Origin: Octopus bimaculoides
Taxonomy: Eukaryota
Reading direction: 5' to 3'
Length of the DNA: 64,000 nt
Assembly: GCF_001194135.2 (NCBI RefSeq)
Contig: NC_068996.1
Coordinates: forward strand, 29,801,899-29,865,898
Shown: piece by piece, positions 52,301 to 63,100 of the stretch
Layout of the letters: the number at the start of each line of letters is the position of its first letter
Position numbering within the stretch: the first letter of the stretch is position 1
Translations under genes and position numbers: made by a program
The notes under the pieces: model-generated
Database searches by the model: none
What the model saw: the letters and a program-made list of their open reading frames with translations, nothing else
Told to the model about the DNA's origin: nothing

Positions 52301-54073
52301 ATACATACACACTCATCCATATGGTCAATTTTCTAGATATTTTAGTTAAAATTATTTTTGTCACTAAGATTTAGATTTCTTTTTTGTTGTATGTAATCAT
52401 CATATCCAAACTGCTTATTTATTTATTTATTTTTTTTTTTTTTGGTAAACTTATTCCAATATTCATTACTTGTTTACATTTCACTACTAAAGGTTAAATT
52501 GAAAAATGTATTATCTTCTTGAAGTTAATTGCTAAAATTAAAGCATTGGGAAGTGCATTTATATGAGAAATGTTTATTAGTGAAGACTTATAAAATCTGC
52601 TTTGAGTTCACAAGCAGAGATAAATAATAGGTCCTAAGGAATTAAATTTGAAATGCAATACATGGCTGATGCAGAAGGAGATAGTAAAACAATTCTAATT
52701 CACTTACCTCATATTCTGTTTCATTATTGTTAAAATTATCCTGAGTGCTGTTTTGGTTAGAATCAACCGACTCATTCTCCTTTTCACTTCACAGATTTTT
52801 AAAAAATAGTTTAAAATTGTATTATTACTTTTTAAATTGATAAAATTTTGAATCATTAACAATTTTTTTGAGATGACATCTTTAAACAAATTTCTGGTGA
52901 GAGACTATCAATTTGAAAATGTCACCAATAGTTTATGATTATAAAGAGGTCAACAAAAATTACATATTGCTTTCATTTATTAATTAATACTTATTTCATA
53001 TAATACAAACTAATAATGCTAGTTCATCCACAAATGTAATTTTAATAATAAATAGAAACAGAGACAGTATTACTACCAAAAGGCAATCATTATGTCCAAC
53101 TTAACATGTTTTGTTAAAACAACTGAATTATTTACATAGAGAGGACCTTTCATGACTCATGGTGCATACAAGCACATGTATTTATATCAATGAAAGACAA
53201 GAATCATCTGCCACAGCCACCGAAACTGCCAGATCATGTGATTTCAACCTGTTTTATGCATCATGAGTCCATATGAAAGGCCCTCTCTAAGTAAATAATA
53301 CAGTATACAGTGTTTTTAAAATATAAAATCCATGTTAAATAGGACATAAAAATTCCTTTTAGTATTAATACAGCTTCTGTAGCTATTAATTATTTTTGAT
53401 AAGCCTGCTGGTTATTTGTGACATCAGTGCCTGAAAAAACATTGGTATTTTATAGTGAGATTCAGTTGTTATGTTGCTACTGGACGTCTGCCACTGACAA
53501 TCCGAAACAGGGCAAAATCACATGATCTGGCAGTTCTGGCAGCTGTAGCAGACAATTCTTGTCTGTCAATGATACAAATAAGAGTGCTTTTATGCACTAT
53601 ATGAGAAGTAACACAATATTTTAATAAAATATCTACATTAAGTTGGACATGAAGATTGCCTTTTGTAATTTTAAGATGTTTTGAATACCCAATAAAATAT
53701 ATTTTCTCATTAAGTTAGTGAATAAGTTAGGCTATGTTGCTGCAAAATTAGGAAGAAAAAAGTTTGCCATCTCACACATGCAAGAAAAATGTTTGCTGTC
53801 AACGAACCTTGAAATTTTCATTTCATACATGTACCTTTCCAATAAAACTTTATTTTATAGGTTCCTATAAATTTTGCTTACTTGGAATTTTCTAACATCA
53901 ACAAACCCCAAAAATGTTTTGCAATTGCTATGAGTAACTTTTGGCATATATTTTAGTTTTAAAAGTTAATGCACACCCACCCTTCTTGCATGTTTATAAA
54001 GTGCTGGGAATATTTAGCACACATAATTCTTCCAAGCATCAGGAATTCAGCAATAAATTTAAATTGACTTATC

Positions 54074-54169
<96 letters not shown>

Positions 54170-57100
54170 ACTTACTTCAGTTCAGTACAAGAACTAATCT
54201 GCGTGCCATCAGATGTATTGTTTTCTTCATCCTTGCCATTAGAGTTTCTGAAGATAGGGAAAACAGAACAAAGGTAATTATAATTTTTATAGACCATCTT
54301 TGAAATTCTTTTCATATCTGTTTTGGTTTTAAATTGGTACATATAAACTGACTAGATAAAGTTATCTATTGTAAATGATGCTACTTTTTTTTTTTCCGGG
54401 CAACATAATCTTAGAAAAATAAATTAACAGAAACGCAAATTTGATTCAGTAATTTCATTTTCAAATGAACTTTTAAAGAAAGATCAATTAAAAGAGAATC
54501 CACTTACATTATCACTTTTTCACTGGAATTGAAAGACACAGTGTTACTGGAAAGCCAACTGAAAATAAGCATAAAAGAATTAAACAATTAGATGGAGGAA
54601 GAGATGAAGAGAAACATGCATAGCAGATTGTTTGTTTGTTGAGATATAGAGAGAGAATTTGAATGCAAGAAAACAAGTGTGCTATGCATACACAATTACT
54701 CACCTGTTTGTCTTTGTATTACTGTTAAAACTTGTCTTTGCTGAAGTAGATAAATTTTTGACAACAAGTTTTTTAATATTTCGTTTTAATGAAAAATCTT
54801 CTCCATTGAACCCAAATTCATCTTCTTCATCCAAACCATCAAATATTTGCATCTTTTTGAAATAGAAAAATATCAATCAATACTGTATAGGTACAATTTC
54901 AAAATGAAGGTAAGATTTAATATATTTTCAGAAAAGTTTAATAATACAAATACTTATAAAAACAAATACTATAAGCAAGTATTTGCAAAAATATCATCAT
55001 TTAACAGCCATTTTCATGGTGGCATGGGTTAGACAGTTTGACTGGAGTTTGTAAGCCAGAGAGTTGTACCAGGCTCCAGTCCCATTTAGGCTAGGAATCT
55101 ACAGCTGGAGACCCTTCCTAACACCAACCACTCCAAGTGTGTAGTGGGTGCCTTTTACATATCACCATCATGGGCACCTTTTACGTGTCACTGGCACTGT
55201 GCACAACTGTCACCAGTATTGTCCACACAAAAATTAAAAGAATTTTTTATACTTACCTTTTTCTTTGAAATCAAGGGTAATAGCGATTTTGGTTTAGCTC
55301 TGGCCAGTGGACGAGTTCCTACTTTATAGTGACTAGACAATACAGCTTTCTGTGCAGTTGGATTAGTAGGCTTAAGAACATCTTCGGTTTTGATTTTACT
55401 CTGAAATATGAAATTTCAACATAAAAACAAAAAGCATGTGTAGCATGAAACAAATTTCCATCAAATTTGACAATTGAAGATATCTTAGCTACCACATAAC
55501 TATATGAAGTAAGGTGCATAATTTCCCAGAGAATAACAACTGGAATATAATTTTTAGTGTAAAGCTTAAGGGTAACATAGATACAATATTTATTCTAAAA
55601 TCTAATACATGGCCCAACCAATATAAATCCTCATCCCAATGATTTATCTACTGCAAAAAAAAATTATCATCAACTCTAATTCCCCCTTGCAACTAAATAC
55701 CACATTTCTTTAAACTAGCCTCCCATTTCATTTCTCAGAAGTCTAAGTTTTCATTACTTCATATTCTAAACACTTCCAAAATTTCTAATTTCAAACTGCC
55801 ATTTTAGCTACAATGATTTACTGCAACTATTTACTTAATATTAACTAGACTGAGGGAGGCTGAGGAATTTCATTAACTACTTACGTCATTCAAATTCATG
55901 AATAAAGTTGAATCTCCATAAGGGTTATGAGTTAAAAGCTTTAAATGTTGCTGCAAATTTCCTTGTTCTGATGTTGATCCAGAAAGGGACAAAGCATGGC
56001 TGAGAAAAAAAATTGAACATAAAATTTGTAATTAAATACACACACACTCACACAATAATGTATAGACTTACAATGGCTATACCAGCTATGTATAGCAGGT
56101 ATAAAATAACAAGCTAAACACAGAATAGAACTCAATTTTATATATATCTATTTTATATATTATTACCACCACCAAGGAAGGAGGTTATGTTTGCATTGGC
56201 GTTGATTTGTCTGTCTGTGTGCAAAATAACTCAAATAGTTGTGAATGGTATTTGATAAAACTTGCAGGAAAAGTTGGTAATGAGACAAGGAACAGATGAT
56301 GACATTTTGGTAGTGATCCGGTAATTTTTATGGATTCTTGAAGGATTTTTCATTTGTTATATTTACTTTACATGAAGTATGTTATCTTCTTTGATTATAT
56401 CCCTCGAAAACAGTTTTCACGTAACCTATGGTGGCGTTGCTGTTTAAAGACAGTGTTCATGATGACGATCGTCAAGATAAGTATGGGAGGAGGATAAAAT
56501 AGTATTGGTGGTTATAATGGTGACAGGAGCGATGTGATGTGTGATGGTGAGGTGATGGTGGTAACAGTGGTNNNNNNNNNNGTGAGGTGATGGTGGTAAC
56601 AGTGGTGTTGATGATAGTGTTAGTTGTGTGATGGTGGTATTGCAGTGGTTATACTGGTTGTGGTGGTGAAACTGACTGTTTCAGGTAACCGTCATGATAA
56701 CATTGATGGCAGTGTATCTGGTTGAAGTGGAAGCAATGACAATGCTGCTGATGATGTTGATAGTTGTGAAATGTTTCAGATGATTCCTGTTTTTAAAGGG
56801 TTCTTTTTTCTTAAAATCATATGGCCGTGTTATTATTTTTTTTACCCCCACCAAGGAAGTTGTTTTTGCCAGTGTTAGTTTGGGAAATTGGGCGGTTTTC
56901 AGCATGCGTGTATATGGGTGGAAATGAGTTGCATGGTAGAGGTCTGCGCTCTCCGAGTGCTTTTCTGGTTTTATATTATGCTTAGTATAGGTCAGTCATT
57001 TCACCAAATGAAAACAATTAAACTACTGGCTCAATTTAGACAAGAAGTAACTGGGTGACTTCTTTAAATTCCTTATCACTTCATCAAAAATAGTAACAGA

Positions 57101-60100
57101 GGTAATAGATCTTCTGTAAACAATCTTTGAGATGTATTTTATTTACAGGGTCACCAGGGATTATTTTCAAATTGATAGCTAATATATTTTTGTATATAGC
57201 ACGGAAAATATGACAGAAAGTATAGAAAAGCACATTAATAACACTTTGAACGCATACTCTTATCTATTCAACCATCAGTTTAGGAGTAGAAAATATGATA
57301 TTAAAGTTTGTTGAAAATGTAATGGGCCTGCATTTAGAATAAAATATATTATTTACTAAGACACAGAATAAACCAATATCCCAGTAAATAATATATATTT
57401 CTTATGATTTAATGTTAACAAAACAGAATTCAATAATGAAATTATTCATTTAAAAAGTGATAATGAACCAACATGGATTATACAGTTTATAGATCCGGGT
57501 TTTCAGAAAGTTCCGTTTCATGTGGTGAATAGGACAAAGTCTGCATCAATCCTTTACCAGTCCAAATCATTTTCATAAGTTTATCCTAAATGTCCATGTT
57601 TGTTTTCAGATTTTTAGCTCTTGTTTCATACATTCTGAGCAATATAAATCTTTCTTTTCATAAGTCCTAAGTTACCCTAGTGACTGAAAAAAGTTGGGAA
57701 AGTGTATCATATACAATGAAGGAAATATATTCTGTATATCGTGATACACGAGACAGGCAAAGGGTTAGGTCAAGAAATTTCTTGTAACACAGACAAAATG
57801 AAAAGACTGCTTTTAGCACATTTACAAGTAGTTAGCAGACAAAGATACAAGTTAGCCCATCACTCCTAGCAACTATACATGCATTAAGTGTAATCCTGTA
57901 TATTGATAAGATTAAATGATAAGGTAGTGAATAAGTAATTTAAGAAAGAAATGATATCAGAATTTTTTCTATTAAAAAGTATCTACAATTTAAAAACAAA
58001 GAACAAGAAGAAAAAGCTAGGTTGAATTTTAAAATGCTGGGCCTCATAAATGATGTGACAATAAAAATCAACATGCAACCCAAGTCAACACAAAACCCTC
58101 ATCTTCCTACAAAAAACATCAATAACTTGAAGCAAAACAATTACCATTAACTAATCTGCTTGTTACTGCCATAATTTGAAATTAAAATAGAATATTCAAT
58201 TACCTTCCTAGAGTAGATGTATTACCTCCAGGATTAAATCCTGATCCTGTATTATTAAAGGTAGAACCTAGTCCTGAAATTGAATCAAAAAATGCATAAA
58301 AGAATAAAAAATTTAAAAAATACAGAACAACTTTAAAATATTTGCACTCCTATACTGACTGTTCCATCTGAAATCCAAGTTACCAAGTTAAACTAACTTC
58401 CTGTATATTACAACCGACACCATGCAAAAAAGGTCACTTTTCATTCCAGTCGTTCCCATGAAACAAATTAGCTTTCATATCATCCAGCATCTTCCAAGAG
58501 TTGGCAAAACACTAATATTTAACATTATTAAGAAACAAATTAATTAACTACTTACCAAATTGGGCTTTCTCTTGGTGAAGTGATCTTACAAATGAAATAG
58601 ACTTCACTAAAAATCAGCCTTTTAATTCACCTTCTTCCTGCATGCTTTTATTGCCACAATGAACTCTACACTTTTAAGACTTCTACAACAGAAACTATCT
58701 ATTCTACACCTCACTCAATGATCATTGCTTTCCTTCTCTTTTCTCTAGACAGTAAATATTATTTATTGTATAAATTGACTACCTGACCATTTAATGCACC
58801 CCTTACTATATAAACTGCATTATTGTATAATGTTTATTTTCCCCCAAAAATTGCATCATATATCCTTCACAAAGAGCAAGCAAAATAGTCCTAACTACAA
58901 CTGACTTCATAACCAAGTTATGTTGCTAAAGCTGGATATAAATCTACATTCAAGGGAACCCCTATACAGTTGTTTGACCTGCTAGATATAGAACCCAAAT
59001 CTGTCTCAAATCTCGTCCTTCCTTCTTAAATAAAGGCTGCATTAAACAACATGGTTCCTGATATACATTAAAGTGACATACTCATATATACAGTTATATA
59101 TTAGACTATTCAATCACAGTTGACTTGGGGTTAAGCACCAATGACCCTCTTCCATTTGGATTATGTACGAATTAGCTTAAATTTTTCTAAAATCTACACC
59201 AAAATCATTACTTCAAACCTATCCATGACATCCAAATCCTGGGTGGGAGGGCAAGTGTAAGGGCTAAACCAGGTTGGTGTTAACTATTTGAACTTCAAAC
59301 AATCAGACATGGAAGAATTATTCTATACTTAAACAAAAACAATATTTATTATAAACTTTAGAAAGTGAAAGCAATATTTACCAGCTGAACTAGCACCAAG
59401 GGTAAGTCCAAAATGCTTAGGTTGATTTCCAAGTGGAATGGCCCCAGTATTTGGAAAATTGAAATTAGTACTTTGGTTTAATGCATTATTAGTACCAAAT
59501 GGTTTGTTATTAAAGATACTTGTTCCTGTAGATGTACCTAGATGTTAAAAAGAAAAGTTTAATTACATGAACTGATTCTAAATAGAAAAATGCTTGTAAT
59601 CTTTTAATAAATATGTGATGGCATAAATATATACCGCAGTAATCACTTACAAATAAAAATTTTTTAAAAATAAAATAAACGCACTATATGTCATAAATTT
59701 TAAATAAAAAAAGCTAATACAATATAAACCATAAAATATCAGTAATATGATTTTTGATATAAGTTTAAAAATAAAAAAAACTTATGTATTGGTTTTCATG
59801 GTATACATTAAGTGAAATAGAACTGTATATTGGCCCAGACAGCCAACTGTACAATGCTGTTACATTTGGCCATTTCACTTACTGTATTTGATGACACATA
59901 AAACATATTTTCTGCAAAAAAAAATAAAGTCTCAAAAATTCACCGTGATATATGTGGAGTTGGACCTACATTACATGCTTATAATGCACTAAAAACTTTC
60001 CTTCCTGAATATGCACAGCTAGAATTGCAGTGTCTAATACACCCATGTATTTTTTATGCATAAAACATAGTACCTTTCTGATAATACTAAATTCAAATAA

Positions 60101-63100
60101 ACAGGAAATTCTGACAAAGGATTACATAACTGATTTAATTGATACCAACTATATGGCTAGGACTTATTAATCCTGAAAAAATGGAAGATGTATACATCAG
60201 CATCATATGGACTGAACAAGCCAATGACCACACAAACAGACTTTTGCCTTACCTCTCTACAGCCCATGGCACTCTATGATTTCTTCCATGGATTGAATAA
60301 TAACAAAAGGGGGGGGGGGGCAATTATCATTTCTAATATCCTTTTATAACAGCTTGTTTTTAAATGAAAAGTGAACTAATGTAGTTAGAATGCTTTGCAT
60401 TTATGTCCCTTAGTTTGTATTTTCCACCTGGGTTACCTTAATTTTTCATTAAGTACAAGTCAAATACTAAGGGTATGGTTAATCAACATTACCTGCTCCT
60501 CTAAAACTTATGCCATTGTTATAAACTATTTCTCAAAGACATGGGTGTATACATAGCCACACACACACACACACACACACACAAATGTTCAGGTGTAACT
60601 GCAGTTAAGAAGTTTGCTTCCCAATGACAAGGTTTCGAGCTCAGTACCGCTGCACAGCATCTTGGGCACGTGTCTTCTATTATAATCCTGGGCCACCAAA
60701 AACTTTGTAAATGAACTTAAACAGAAACTGAAAGAAGCTCATTGTATGTGCACGTCCATGCAAACTACTGTTTGCTTGTCGTTTATTTCCATGTCTCTGT
60801 GTAACCACATTCAAGTTGTTTCTTGTTCAAATATCTAGAATATTATTTACTTCACTTCGAAATAAGTGGTGGGTGGCATCAGGAAGGGTATCTGACTTTG
60901 GATGCTCAGAGAGTGTAGCTATGAGAATAAGAATAGGCTGGGCAAAGTTCAGAGACCTCCTACCTCTGCTGACAACAAAGGACCTCTCCCTCAAAGTGAA
61001 AGGCAGATTGTATGATGCTTGTGTGCAAACAGCTATGCTATACGGCAATGAAACATAAGCTGTGAGAGCTGAGGATATGTGTAGGCTTGAAAGAAATGAA
61101 GCCAGTATGCTTCGCTGGATGTACAATGCCAGTGTGCATATTCAACAGAGTGTCAGCATCATGAAAGAAAAGTTGGACATAAGAGGTGTTAAATGTGGTG
61201 TACAAGAGAGACGACTGTGCTGGTATGGTCATGTGATGCTTATGGATGAGGACAGCTGTGTGAAGAAGTGCTAATCTCTAACTGTGGAGGGAACCTGTGG
61301 TAGAGGTAGACTCAGGAAACATGGGACAAGGTAGTGAAGCATGATCTTTGAATTTTGAGCCTCACAGAGGCAATGACTAGTGACTAAGACCTTTGGTGAT
61401 ATGTTGTGCTTGAGAAGACCCATCAAGCCAAGTGAAATCATAGTCATGGTTGATGCTAGTGTCATGTAACTGGCACCTATACACATATGACAGGCACATA
61501 AAAAGCACCTTTCAAGTTTTGGGCCTCACAGAGGCAAAGTGGCTGATGCCAGTGGCACATGAAAAGCTCCCTTCACGTGTTGGGCTTCATGGAGACAATG
61601 ACAAATAATTTTTGGCATTGTTGTTCTTGAGAAGAAGACCCATCAAGCCAAGTAAAATTGCAGTCATAGAATGTACTGGTTTCGTACAAATGGCACCTGT
61701 GCCAGTGGCATGTAAAAGCACCCACTACACTCTCAGAGTGGTAGGTGTTAGAAAGGGCATCCAACTACAGAAAACTATACCAAATCAGACTGGAGTTAGG
61801 TGCAGCCTTTCAGCTTACCAGCCCTGGTCAAACCATCCAACCTATGCCAGCATGGACAATGAGCATTAAATAATGATGATGATGAAGCACAGAAAAGTAA
61901 ACACTAAAATTATGACGACAATATGCACATGTACATGCATGAATGTATACACTGACATGTGGTTGTATGGTTCAAGAGTTTGTTTCACAACCACACATTT
62001 TAAATTCACTCTCACTATACAGCACTTTGATGAAATGTTTTCATACTATAGCTCAAAACTAATGCAGTTTAAGTGAATCTGGTAGGCAAAAAACAGTGTA
62101 GAAACCTGTCATGTGAGTGTAAGAAAAACTTTAATCACTTCCTCTGTTGTTTATTTAAATTCTGTAACAATTACTTTAAAATCTATGCATATGTTGCTGA
62201 ATTTTTATAATTTTTCAGGTGATTTCTTTAATCAAAATTTTTGTCAATACATGCATGCTTATATAGTTACTGAAGTGAGTAATTTTGCCCAACCATAAAT
62301 TCTAGTATGGGAAAGCTTCAGAAAGGTCAAGGATTTTTTTTTTCCCCCTGTTGTGATGCTTGCACATTCAAATAAATACTTGAGTGCTGAGGGTTGCTGA
62401 TGCACTCAGTCCCTGAATGCAGGAGTCAATATCTCATCAAGCAGTGAAGCAATTCTGCAGCAGTTTCAGGCTTTTCTACTGTAACACCAAAGCTGCCAAG
62501 GGCCACCTACCTATATAGCTGACAAAATTCTCACACAACAGCATGGACTGTGATGAGTCTGATGGTGCAACTCTGGGCTAGATGTTTCTTATTTCTTTAT
62601 TGCCCACAAGGGGCTAAACACAGAGGGGACAAACAAGGACAGACAAAGGGATTAAGTTGATTACATCAATCCCCAGTGCACAACTGGTACTTAATTTATC
62701 AACCACGAAAGGATGAAAGGCAAAGTCGACCTCGGCGGAAATTGAACTTAGAACGTAATGGCAGACGAAATACCGCTAAGCATTTCGTCCGGCGTGCCAA
62801 CATTTCTGCCAGCTCGCCGCCATGGGCTAGATGTTTCTGCCATCCTAATACATGTTCTTTCTTTTAATTATCTCTTAAAATTATCTGTTTTTAAATTATC
62901 ATTGTAATTAACAACCATACACACAACATTTCTAGCACAAATGACTATTTACAATTAAAGAAAACTAAATCATTTCTACAATATCAATTTTTACAAAATT
63001 CTGACCATCACAAGTAAATACAATGTAAGCATTTGAAGAAACAAACTCATTCTAAGGTGCTTTCTGAATTTCTGACTTTTATCATCACAAATGACATAAA

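Noticed and set aside
62350-62570. C/D-box-like words (GTGATGA, CTGA)
   Set aside because: They lie antisense to the host gene, with wrong spacing and no terminal stem.
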